The position numbers and the translations under genes are program-made. The notes below the pieces were generated by a model. That model was not told where the DNA came from and ran no database searches. It saw nothing but the letters and a program-made list of their open reading frames with translations. This document shows, piece after piece, positions 50,478 to 59,927 of a DNA stretch of 64,000 nucleotides. Source of the DNA: an uncultured Solirubrobacterales bacterium (GTDB lineage: Bacteria; Actinomycetota; Thermoleophilia; Solirubrobacterales; Solirubrobacteraceae); the NCBI GenBank assembly GCA_963842995.1, contig CAWJIO010000011.1, forward strand, positions 517,255 through 581,254, read 5' to 3'. Every line of letters starts with the position of its first letter. The first letter of the stretch is position 1.

Positions 50478-51644
50478 ATGGCCGCCGCGCGCTGGCAGGT
50501 CGACCAGCTGATCGAGGACGTGGCTCTGCTGGGACGCAACGGCCTCCCACGTGAGGAGTACTACCCCGAGGTCGCGGCACGTTTGCGGCGAGTGGTCGAT
50601 TGCGACGCGACCTGCTGGCATACGCTCGATCCGCAGACGCGGCTGATCACCAGCGACGGGGGACAGGAACTGATCAGCGAGGGCGTGCTCACGCCCGAGA
50701 CGATCTCGGACGCGGGAGCGTTGATCCTCGCCAGCGAGTACTTCGTCGAGGACGTAAACACGTTCGCGGGGCTTGCAGCTCGCCGGGTTCCGGTCGGGAT
50801 CCTCAGCCACGCGACCAACGGCAAGCCCGAACGCAGCGCCCGTTACCGAGACGTACTCGTACCGACGGGGATCCCGTACGAATTGCGGGCGGCGTTCGTC
50901 AGCCGCGGACGCTGTTGGGGAGCGGTTCATATCGCCCGCAAGGAAGACAAACGTGACTTCACTGCCGACGACGCAAACGCGCTCGCGCGGATCACCGGCG
51001 CGATCGCGGACGGGATCCGCACCACGCTACGCCTCGACGCGGCTCGCGTCCCATCCGACCATGCGGCTCCAGGGCTCGTCGTGCTCAGCACGAACAACGA
51101 CGTCGAACTGATCACGCCACCCGCACGCGAGCTGCTCGCCGCGATGCGCAACCCGTCGCAGGCCCCCGAGGACGAAACGCCGCCCGCGGCGCTTCTCGCG
51201 CTTGCCGCGTTCACCCGCCGCAACTCACACGATCCAGAACGGCCCGAAGCGATCGCCGTCCCGACCCGAACCGGCTGGATCACGCTGCACGCCTCGCTAC
51301 CAGACGGCCTCGCCCGCGGCAAGGTCGCAATCGTGCTGGAACGCACCCCGAGCCCACAGTCGACCTCGATCCGCCTGGAAGCGTACGGGGTCACCCCGCG
51401 CGAGCGCGAAATCGCGATCCTGCTCGCCCAAGGGCTCACCAACCCCGAGGTCGCAACCAGACTCGTGCTCTCCCCCTACACCGTCCAGGACCACATCAAG
51501 AGCCTGTTCGAGAAAACCGAAGTGTCCTCACGCCAAGAACTCGTCGCCCGCGTGTTCCTCGACGAATACCTCCAACAGCTCGCCCAGCGAACCCCGCTCA
51601 CGTCCACCGGCAGCTTCATCCAGCACCCCGACCAACCCAAGTAG
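50478..51644 (+). CDS. GAF-like plus LuxR HTH transcriptional regulator
   Basis: CWHTLDP, ELRAAF...CWG; VTPREREI...LSPYTVQDHIKSLFEK. Confidence 0.92.
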   Translation: MAAARWQVDQLIEDVALLGRNGLPREEYYPEVAARLRRVVDCDATCWHTLDPQTRLITSDGGQELISEGVLTPETISDAGALILASEYFVEDVNTFAGLAARRVPVGILSHATNGKPERSARYRDVLVPTGIPYELRAAFVSRGRCWGAVHIARKEDKRDFTADDANALARITGAIADGIRTTLRLDAARVPSDHAAPGLVVLSTNNDVELITPPARELLAAMRNPSQAPEDETPPAALLALAAFTRRNSHDPERPEAIAVPTRTGWITLHASLPDGLARGKVAIVLERTPSPQSTSIRLEAYGVTPREREIAILLAQGLTNPEVATRLVLSPYTVQDHIKSLFEKTEVSSRQELVARVFLDEYLQQLAQRTPLTSTGSFIQHPDQPK

Positions 51645-52117
51645 GACAACGTCCGCGCGCTCCGCTGATTCAGCTTTGAGGACCCGGGCGACGTCGGCCA
51701 CCGCGACGAACTCATCACCGCTCGTGTTCACCGGACCTCCAATGCGCCCGCGGCCGTGATCTTTGACGACTGGAGCCAGCCGATCGGCCGGGCGGAAAGG
51801 GACGGTGAACCTGTTCGACGAGGCGAATAGAGTTCAAAATGGGTGAGGACGGTTCGCCACCACACACCCGAAGCTGACCGCGTGCGCCACGACGCCTTCT
51901 TGAGAGTGCGTCACAGTGTTTCGGGGCTTCGGCGTGCTCACGGCGCGGGCCCTGGCCGCCGTGGCGCCGGTCGGGGTCCGCATTGCCGGCGTGATCGCGG
52001 CGAAATTGATCACGGTCTCGCGCGCGGCGCGGCGCACGCACAGCTCGTCGACGATGGGCTAGGAACTCACCCGCACGATGAACGCAGCGACGGTCGTCTG
52101 CCCGGCGGAAGACTACG

Positions 52118-53248
52118 ATGACGGACCACTCCGAGCGCTCTGCGGGCGATCCGGTGCTCGATCGCGCTGCGCGCGGGGACGCAGGTGGGGGTAATCGCCG
52201 GTTCGGTGAGCTGGGCCAGCCGTTTGACCGTCGGTCGCCTTTCCGGATCGGGGTGCTGGGAGGACTGGGTCTCGCCGTGGCCTACGTCGGCTGGCTGGCG
52301 ATCTCCGCCGCCAGCGGAGTCTTACTGTTGATGGTGCTCGCCCTGATCATCGCTATCGGGCTCGATCCGGTTGTTTCGATCCTGCAGCGCGAGCGCGTGC
52401 CGAGGTGGGCCGGAGTCGTGATCGTCTCGCTCGCGGCGCTGGCGGTGCTCGGTGCGTTCCTGGCGCTCGCAATTCCACCGATCGTCAAGGAGGTCAACGC
52501 ACTCATCAAGTCGGCCCCACACTACCTGCAGTCGCTCCAGAGCAAGAGCTCTCTGCTGGGCCGCCTCAACCGCCAGCTCCACCTGGTCAGAGACCTCAAG
52601 AAGGCGCTCTCCAGCGGCAGCGTCAGCGCAATCGGATCGGGACTCGTGGGCGCCGGTAAGACGGCGCTGAGCGTGGCCTCGGGGATCCTCATCGTGGTCG
52701 TCCTGACGATCTACTTCCTGGCCGACATGCCGCGGCTCAAACGCACGCTTCACCGGCTGACGCCGCGCAGCCGCCGCGCTCGCACCGCCGCGCTGCTCGA
52801 CGAGGCCTTTGCCCGGGTCGGCGGATTCGTGCTCGGCAACGTGCTGACCTCGGTGATCGCCGGACTCGGCACGCTCGTCTGGCTCGAGATCTTCTCGGTG
52901 CCCTACCCAGCGCTACTGTCGGTGTTCGTCGGATTGATGGACCTGATCCCAATCGTCGGCAGCACCCTGGCGGGTTTCGTCGTCGCCCTCGTGGCGCTGA
53001 CGGTGTCTTGGCCCGTCGCGGTTGCCACGGCCATCTTCTACATCGTCTATCGCAACGCCGAGGACTACCTAATCACCCCCAGGGTTATGAAGCGCACCGT
53101 GCGTGTCCCGGGGCTCGTGACCGTGATCGCGGTGGTGATCGGTGGCTCGCTGCTCGGGATCATCGGCGCGCTGATCGCGATCCCGGTCGCCGCCATCATC
53201 CAGCTCATCGTTGAGGAGATCATCTACCGCCGGATGGACCTCAGCTGA
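52118..53248 (+). CDS. AI-2E family transporter
   Basis: AIGLDPVV, DLIPIVG, EDYLITPRVM, GALIAIP. Confidence 0.92.
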   Translation: MTDHSERSAGDPVLDRAARGDAGGGNRRFGELGQPFDRRSPFRIGVLGGLGLAVAYVGWLAISAASGVLLLMVLALIIAIGLDPVVSILQRERVPRWAGVVIVSLAALAVLGAFLALAIPPIVKEVNALIKSAPHYLQSLQSKSSLLGRLNRQLHLVRDLKKALSSGSVSAIGSGLVGAGKTALSVASGILIVVVLTIYFLADMPRLKRTLHRLTPRSRRARTAALLDEAFARVGGFVLGNVLTSVIAGLGTLVWLEIFSVPYPALLSVFVGLMDLIPIVGSTLAGFVVALVALTVSWPVAVATAIFYIVYRNAEDYLITPRVMKRTVRVPGLVTVIAVVIGGSLLGIIGALIAIPVAAIIQLIVEEIIYRRMDLS

Positions 53249-53349
53249 CCACGGCTCGGGCTTAAGCGATGCCTCAGCCTCGCGGCCAGAATTCGCCTGG
53301 CAAGCCTCGAATACCGGTCTGTTCGAGGAAAGGGCGGGTGGCAGTCGAT

Positions 53350-54030
53350 CCGGGAGGGACGCGAGTGTTCCACTCGTCGAAGTCCCCGCGTGGGCTCGTG
53401 CTGTCTGTACCCGAGGACCGCTCCTGGGACCGGCATGTCCTCGACTGGTCCCATCAGCGGGCCAAACAGCTCTGCGTCTCCAGATCGTCGCCGGCTGCAG
53501 CGGCGGGCCGAACATGACCTCCGTCCCGCTGACCAGCAAACAGTGCCGCTTCGCGGAGTGGAGCTATCTCGCCGGGGGCGGCGAAGTGCCGGGCAGCATC
53601 CCTAACCACATAACCTTCACGTCGAACCTGCCGCCACCGCCACCGTACTTCGTTCACGTCCTCGTGTACGCCGCGGCAAACCGATCAGATCTCCCGTTCG
53701 CACTGCCCCACGGACCGCCCGCGCGACTCAGCGACACTCTGCTGCAGAGCAGCCATCCCGGGCGCGCGATCTCGCTCGGCGACGTTCGGTGGGCCGGTCA
53801 CAACGGCCAGCTTATCCTCGCCCCCTCATACCCCGGCGGCGGGGAACTCGGCAGCCATCTGGTGTTCAGCTACCGCCGCGGCGCCACCTACCTCGGCATA
53901 TCCCTGCACCCATGGCCATCCCTCTTCCGGTACCGCGTTAGCGGCGTCCAGCACACGCGCAAACTCGCGCCCAATCCGGCCTACACACAGACCTCAACAC
54001 GCTCAGGGCGATCGTCCGCTCAACAAGCTG
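53350..54030 (+). pseudogene. Fragment of a probable secreted protein; start not resolved
   Basis: Protein-like Cys/Pro-rich stretch (ACPRLVP, PPYFVHV, WAGHNGQLILAP, HLVFSYR) with no clear start or signal peptide. Confidence 0.45.
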
Positions 54031-54151
54031 AGCAGACGATCCATCACGAACCGGAAGCCTCGAGCAGCCCGAGCCGGCGATCACCAGGCTCGCCCGACGA
54101 CTCGTGCTCGCCGACGATTGAATTATGTGGCCCTCGCGCCGACCGAGCCAG

Positions 54152-54830
54152 CTACACCACCCATCTCAACCCGCGAGGACATAAGCCAAGAGTTCCCATG
54201 ATCGCCCTGGCAGACCATGGCCTCGCCCTCGCACACGATGACCTCGTCGCTGACCAGCGAAGGCCCTCTCCCCCGGTGCCGTCGCTCCAGCGAACCCCAC
54301 CGCGCGGCGGCTGGGCCAGGTCGCCGAGCGGGAGGTCCTCGAAGCGCAGAACTTGCTCCACGGTTGGGCTCGAATCGGACGGTCTCACGGCCTCAGCCTA
54401 CCTCGGGCCCCGCGCGCCGAGCCGCCTTCAGCTTGCGCTGGGCTCGGCCCAGCTGGCGATCTACGGTCCGGTAGGTGTCGCCGGTGAGCTCGGCCATCTC
54501 CTGACGGCTGTAGCCGGCGGCCCGCAGACCTAGGAACTGCCCGCGAGGGCGAAGCCGTGCCTGCCCGATTTCCTGAGCGGCCGCGACCAGCTCCAGTCGC
54601 CGCTCCGGCTCGTGTCGAGAGTCCGTTACGACATCTGCCACCTGGTCGAGGCCGACCAGCTCGTGCTCCGACGGTGGAGCTTCACCGCCCCCCGGATCGC
54701 GATGCTTCAGAGCCAGGCGAATGCGCTCAACCGTCGCGGCCGGTGGCGTATCACCTGCAGCCAGGCGAACCCACATGCGTTCTCGATGTTCGCCGGCGAC
54801 GTCTGCACGCTCGCACGAACTGCCGCGCGC
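54152..54830 (-). pseudogene. Degenerate sigma-factor-like gene and downstream small-gene remnant
   Basis: AAGYSRQEMAELTGDTYRTVDRQLGRA region-4 HTH; IENACGFAWLQ in another frame; VRWSDGT remnant. Confidence 0.55.
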
Positions 54831-55086
54831 AAGCCGGTCGCTCTGGCACCTAGGCCCCGCCGGTCACCTCGGTAGCTTGATCCCTGATGACCGGAATGTC
54901 GCCGATGCAGTCGCGGGCTGTGCGGCGGGTCGGAGACGAACGCGATCGTCCGCGACCGGCGCGGTTTCGGCGCGTCGCAGGGCGGTTGCCGGCGGCGGTG
55001 AGATACCTATCGTGCGTCTTCTCGCGCCGTCCATCGCTCGCCGTCGGGCCGTTTGGCCTACGAGAGCTCAGCCGTTCGGTTGTCGC

Positions 55087-56124
55087 TCAGCCGCTCGGCG
55101 AGGTGGCTGCCCGGGCAACCGCAGGGTTGACGTGCTCAGCGTTGTTGCGTAACAGCTCTTTCCAGCGGCCGGGACGGACCTGGGCCGGCTCGCTCGAGTC
55201 GATGAAGTCGATCAGCACCCGGACGAAGCGAAGAGGGTCGTCGAGGTGAGGGAAGTGGCCCGCGTCTGGAAAGATCTCGAGCCGGCTGCCGGGTACGAGC
55301 CGATGCGCCGCGAGCGCGTGCTTGACCGGGATGATCGGGTCGCGCTCGCCCCACACCAGCAGGAACGGGATCGCTTGAGCGAGGTAGAGACGATCGGTGG
55401 CATCTACCCGCTGCCCCCCGAGATCGACGATCGTCCTGAGTGTGTGCAGGAACGCGGCGCGTGCCTCGCGGTCCGAGAGCGAGGCGTGGCCGCGCAGTAC
55501 TTCCCCCAGGTCAGTGTGCACGCGCAACCCGATGCGGCCGAGTGCGCGTCCGACCGCTTGGCCGGCGCCGAGAACGCGATCGTTGACCAGTAGCGGAAGC
55601 ACGAGCTCAGACCCCGGAAGGCTGGCAGCTCGCAGGAGCGCCGTGATGTCGCGACCCAGTCCGCCGCTTCCTACAAGGACCAGCCGCTCGCACTGCTCGG
55701 GGAACTGGTATGCCAGCTGCATGGCCACGCCGCCGCCAAGCGAGTGCCCGACGAACGTCGCTCGCTCATGTCCCAGCGCGATCAACAGGTCACGGATCCC
55801 GCTGGCATAGGCGCCCAGCGAATAGTCCCCTCGCGGCTTGGCCGATTCGCCGTGGCCGATCAGATCAGGAGCGATGACGGTGAAACGCTCGGCCAGATAC
55901 GGGAGCACCTTGGCCCAGGTCGCCGACGTCGACGTTATCCCATGGACCAGCACGACCACCGGGCCGCTGCCAGCCGAACGGTAAACGACGCGGTGCCCAT
56001 GCAGCACGATCTCGCGCAACGCGTCGAGCTCTGGCGGGGCCGTGCCCGAATTCGACTCCAGCGCCAGCTCCGACGATCCCAGATGGCGGCCCTCCGACCG
56101 GCTCGTGCTATTCGCTCGTGACAT
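55087..56124 (-). CDS. Alpha/beta hydrolase
   Basis: LVHGI, APDLIGHGES, GHSLGG, WGERDPIIP, GHFPH. Confidence 0.93.
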   Translation of the reverse strand: MSRANSTSRSEGRHLGSSELALESNSGTAPPELDALREIVLHGHRVVYRSAGSGPVVVLVHGITSTSATWAKVLPYLAERFTVIAPDLIGHGESAKPRGDYSLGAYASGIRDLLIALGHERATFVGHSLGGGVAMQLAYQFPEQCERLVLVGSGGLGRDITALLRAASLPGSELVLPLLVNDRVLGAGQAVGRALGRIGLRVHTDLGEVLRGHASLSDREARAAFLHTLRTIVDLGGQRVDATDRLYLAQAIPFLLVWGERDPIIPVKHALAAHRLVPGSRLEIFPDAGHFPHLDDPLRFVRVLIDFIDSSEPAQVRPGRWKELLRNNAEHVNPAVARAATSPSG

Positions 56125-56874
56125 AGATCGGATGCGCACATCAATGGCGAAGGGCGCGGAGCGCACACCGCCACACCGAAAAAGCCAGTAGTCCTGGCTC
56201 CCAGTTTCCAGTCTACTCGTGGACGTGTCCGAAACGGAAGTCGGGGTTGGAATTGGCGACCGCCCCCGGAGGTCGGTCGGGGCAAGCACGCGACAAGCCG
56301 AGGCCGCGGAGTTGCTGGACGTGACGGTTACGTGTGGCGATCCGGTCAGCGGGCGCGACCTCCAGCAGCCACTCGAGTTCCTCAGCGAAGCCCGCCTGGC
56401 GCCGCGCCAATCAACTTGAGCCATCCGCCTGTCTCAAACCGCGCTTCCTGTCCCCAGGACCCGCTGGGGATGCCAGTGCAGGTTCCTCAACGATGGCTTG
56501 CTCCTGTTCTGCACGCCGGTGGAACCACCACACTCCTGGATGCAGACATGCGGGCTAGTAGCTGCCGAAGTCGACCGCCCGGGTTCCGTCGGGCGATTCG
56601 CTCCGAGCCTGCGGACATGGACGACGGGCAGCCACCCAAGGCCGACCCCGCTTGTCGAGCGGAAGGGACCGTCGCCAGAGATGCGGACGATTCGCTGCGT
56701 CTGAAGGATCCTGCATTCGCCGCCGCGAACAGCCGTCGGGATGCTTCCGAAACGCCGTGACACACAGCACATTGGTGGCCAAGAACCGCTTAGAGCTGCG
56801 ATCAATGAGCGTAGCCCCAGCTCGGCGAGCACAGCCGTAGTTCCCCGGTCCCCTGACTCTAGGGGGAACACCGA

Positions 56875-57195
56875 TTGTGCACACTGGGGTTCGTTTCTAA
56901 CATGACAGTTCCGCGACACATCTATCTGGGCGGTGATCCAACTGGCGATGTGAGAAGGGTCCGCTGGTACACATGGGGCGCCGGCAAGACGACGGGCTTC
57001 GGCAAGGGCTGGTGCCCGGGCCGCTCGGTTGCCGACGGTCACTTCTGCAGCGTGTCGCTGCAAGCGTCCGATGTTGGCCGCTGCCACGGCCACCGCGCGT
57101 ACCGAACTGTGACCTTCTACTTCAAGCCGGGCCCGCACCAGAGTTGGACGTTTGGGTCGAGATGGGATGTCTGCAGCGGCCAGGCTCTCGCTTGA
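56875..57195 (+). CDS. Probable secreted-protein domain; 5' end degenerate
   Basis: PRHIYLGGDPTGDVRRVRWYTWG, paired Cys residues. Confidence 0.5.
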   Translation: MCTLGFVSNMTVPRHIYLGGDPTGDVRRVRWYTWGAGKTTGFGKGWCPGRSVADGHFCSVSLQASDVGRCHGHRAYRTVTFYFKPGPHQSWTFGSRWDVCSGQALA

Positions 57196-57262
57196 GCAGC
57201 CTGGCTCGATCGCGAACGCTTCTTGAACTCGTCTGAAGGGGCAGTTAGTCGGAGTTCGATGG

Positions 57263-57890
57263 TCAGCCCGGCGGCGTGCGTGGCAGCCTGGGGGCCAGCG
57301 TTGTGCGCGAGAGGCTCGGGTACGTCGCGCGGTAGCCGCGGCGTTTGGCGATCGGCGTGAGCGCGGTGAATAGGACGCGGTGCACGCTGGGCGGCGGCTT
57401 ACGGAACACGATCACGTCCGAGAACTCCTGCGCGGTCAGCGCGAGCTGCAACGGGCTTGGCATCCCCTTCCGGTCGACGTGTCCCCCCCGCGCCAGACCG
57501 AACAGCGTCTCGATCATGTAGGCAAACCGCTCACCCGGCGTGACCTCGACGCGCACCACCGCATCCACGTCACTCTCGTTGAACCAGTCGTGCCACACCC
57601 CAGGCTCGATGCGAGCACTTTCACCAGCCGGTGCGTCGATCGCTGCCGATCGCGCACGACGGTCAGTTCCCCTCCAAGACGCTGAAGCTCTCATGAAGCG
57701 CGGGGTGCAAATGCTCGCCCACCACGCGCGCGCCGGCGAGCGCGGTGAGCCGGGCGACGGCGCGGCCCTCGGCGTTCTGCCACGGCAGCTCGATGATCAC
57801 GGCCCGCTCGCGCGTGACCGGGTTCTCGAACACCTCTCCGGGCTCAATCGGCCGTAGGTCGGGCGGAGAGGACAGATCCGGATGCGACAC
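57263..57890 (-). pseudogene. Cupin-domain protein with two 1-nt frameshifts
   Basis: ENPVTRE, EHLHPALHESFSVLEG / LTVVRD / AGESARIEPGVWHDWFN across three frames. Confidence 0.8.
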
Positions 57891-58097
57891 GCGGCGATCG
57901 TACCGGGGGGTCTTCGCTTCCCACGGGTTGGGAGGCTCTGGACCGCCGCCCATGGGACGTCAGCACCCGCCCGCCTCCGCCGGGCGTCGCCTATGCGCGT
58001 ACACGGTCGGCGTGTCGGCCTCAATAGCCATGACGATCGGGCGGTCGTCGTCTACGGCTCCCGTTGCCGGACGCTGCGCGTCGCTTGAGCAAGCCCG

Positions 58098-58991
58098 CTA
58101 CTCGGACGACCCGATGCAGGTCACTAGGATCTCGACGAGGCGTTGGGTGGTGCCCCCGTCCTCGGATCCGTGGTGTGGGTTGAACTCGGTCACGGTGAGC
58201 GCGCGCACACGCACGTCGCTGAGTAGCTCGGTGAGCATCTCTCCGCACGTCGTCAGCGATGGGGCGATGCCGCGATCCGTGTTCTCCGCAAGCGGCGCGT
58301 CGAGAAAGTCGACGAGGTCGACGTCGAAGTGCACGGCCAAACCGTCGCAGGCCGAAAGGGCGGACAGCGCCGCTCGTGCACTGCGCAGCGGATCAGATGC
58401 GGCCACCCGCACGTCGATGACGGGCAGCCTGCGATCGGAGATCACCTTGGCCTCAAAGTCTGTGCGCGGCCCGAGCCCGAGAAAGCTGATCTGTCCGGAG
58501 CTCAGCATTGGTCGGTGACCGGCGAGCGCCGCGAGCCCGTCAACGGCGCCGTCGATGTCGAGCATGTGCGCCACGCCCATCCAGTCCAAGGCGCCGTCGA
58601 CCGTGCTGTCGGGCACGTTGAGGTCAGCGTGTCGATCGACGTAGACGACACCCAGCCGCTCGACAAGATGCTGAAGGCCGACCACGGTGCCGACACCGAC
58701 CGTGCAGTCGCCTCCGAGGACCACAATCCTGTCCTCGGCTGGAGCGGATCGGACCAGCGCAGCGACCTGGCCGGCGCGGTCGATGACCGCAACGGCGTTC
58801 GCAGCCCTGGGGTTGTCGGGGTCCGGCAGCCACCGAAACGGGGTCACCTGGCCGCCGCGGCGCACCGCCACACCAGCCGCCCCCAGCCGCTCAACCAAGC
58901 CGGCCTCGAGCAGCGCGCGGGGACCATCCTCTTGGCCGGGCGCGTAGCCACCTGCGCTCGTCGGGGCCTCTATGAGCGTGACTATTCGCAT
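58098..58991 (-). CDS. Arginase family protein
   Basis: LGGDCT, YVDRHADLN, VHFDVD, TEFNP. Confidence 0.92.
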   Translation of the reverse strand: MRIVTLIEAPTSAGGYAPGQEDGPRALLEAGLVERLGAAGVAVRRGGQVTPFRWLPDPDNPRAANAVAVIDRAGQVAALVRSAPAEDRIVVLGGDCTVGVGTVVGLQHLVERLGVVYVDRHADLNVPDSTVDGALDWMGVAHMLDIDGAVDGLAALAGHRPMLSSGQISFLGLGPRTDFEAKVISDRRLPVIDVRVAASDPLRSARAALSALSACDGLAVHFDVDLVDFLDAPLAENTDRGIAPSLTTCGEMLTELLSDVRVRALTVTEFNPHHGSEDGGTTQRLVEILVTCIGSSE

Positions 58992-59442
58992 CGGCACATC
59001 ATTCCCCAAGCACCGATCACGAGGCCGTGCGGGTCCCCCGAAGCGACGGCGCGCTGCATACGCCCCGCGCCGAGCGTCCCTCCAGCCAATGCGTCTCAAA
59101 GGTCAACAGGGCGCATGGTCACGCGTCCGCGCCGCGGCGCTCGATCACCCATTGACCGTAATCGCCGAGGACCTCTACCTCGCCGGACGTGATGTCGATC
59201 TTGCGAAGCTGCGCCTCGAAGCCGACGCCGCGACACCCGAGCGCGGCCATGGCGGCGCGGTCATGACGCCGCCGATCTGGCTCGTTTGGCATGTCAGGAC
59301 CCTTGCTGCCCTTCACCGGCGGGAACGGAAAAGGCCCGGAGGCCAGCCCGCAGGGCGACGCTCCGGGCCGTGCTGCCGTGTGTGCCGGCATGATCGGGCG
59401 ACACGCCGATGCCGAGCAGGTCAAACGCGCCGCCCTCGGGCA

Positions 59443-59486
<44 letters not shown>

Positions 59487-59498
59487 GCTTCAGGGGTG

Positions 59499-59591
59499 TT
59501 TGGTACCTGCGGATTTGCAGGGCTTTCGTGAAATTACGTTCGGTTACGAGAGGTCAAATCTGCTTGTTTTGGTACCCGTTTGGTACCCGTT
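59499..59591. repeat. Three TTTGGTACC repeats, candidate integrase arm sites
   Basis: Copies at 59499, 59568 and 59579; the last two are in tandem with 11-bp period. Confidence 0.7.
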
Positions 59592-59641
59592 TTGGGCTTC
59601 CGGACGCGCTGTGTGGAGAGTGGCGCTTGGCGGGGCAGCGC

Positions 59642-59839
59642 TTACGCCGCGTCACGTTCGAGCGCGCTGTAGCGCTCGACGGTGATCAGCACCGCGCGCA
59701 TCTGGTTGCGTTGGGTCAGCACAATTTTCTCGAGCTCCCCCTCATCGAGCTGGTCGAGCAGCCGGCCGAGCTCGCGCATCGCTTCGCGGACGGTCGCGAG
59801 CTCCTGGTTCGACACACGCAGCTGGGCGGGATCGTTCAT
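59642..59839 (-). CDS. Phd/YefM-like small protein, 65 aa
   Basis: TVREAMRELGRLLDQL...KIVLTQRNQMRAVLITVERY matches the Phd fold pattern. Confidence 0.6.
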   Translation of the reverse strand: MNDPAQLRVSNQELATVREAMRELGRLLDQLDEGELEKIVLTQRNQMRAVLITVERYSALERDAA

Positions 59840-59927
59840 CGTGACCCGGACGGTACGTCCCGAACCGGACGGGTCCGTCGTCAGTTGCGTCGACGTTCTG
59901 TCCGCAGTCTGCACGACACTCCCAAGA

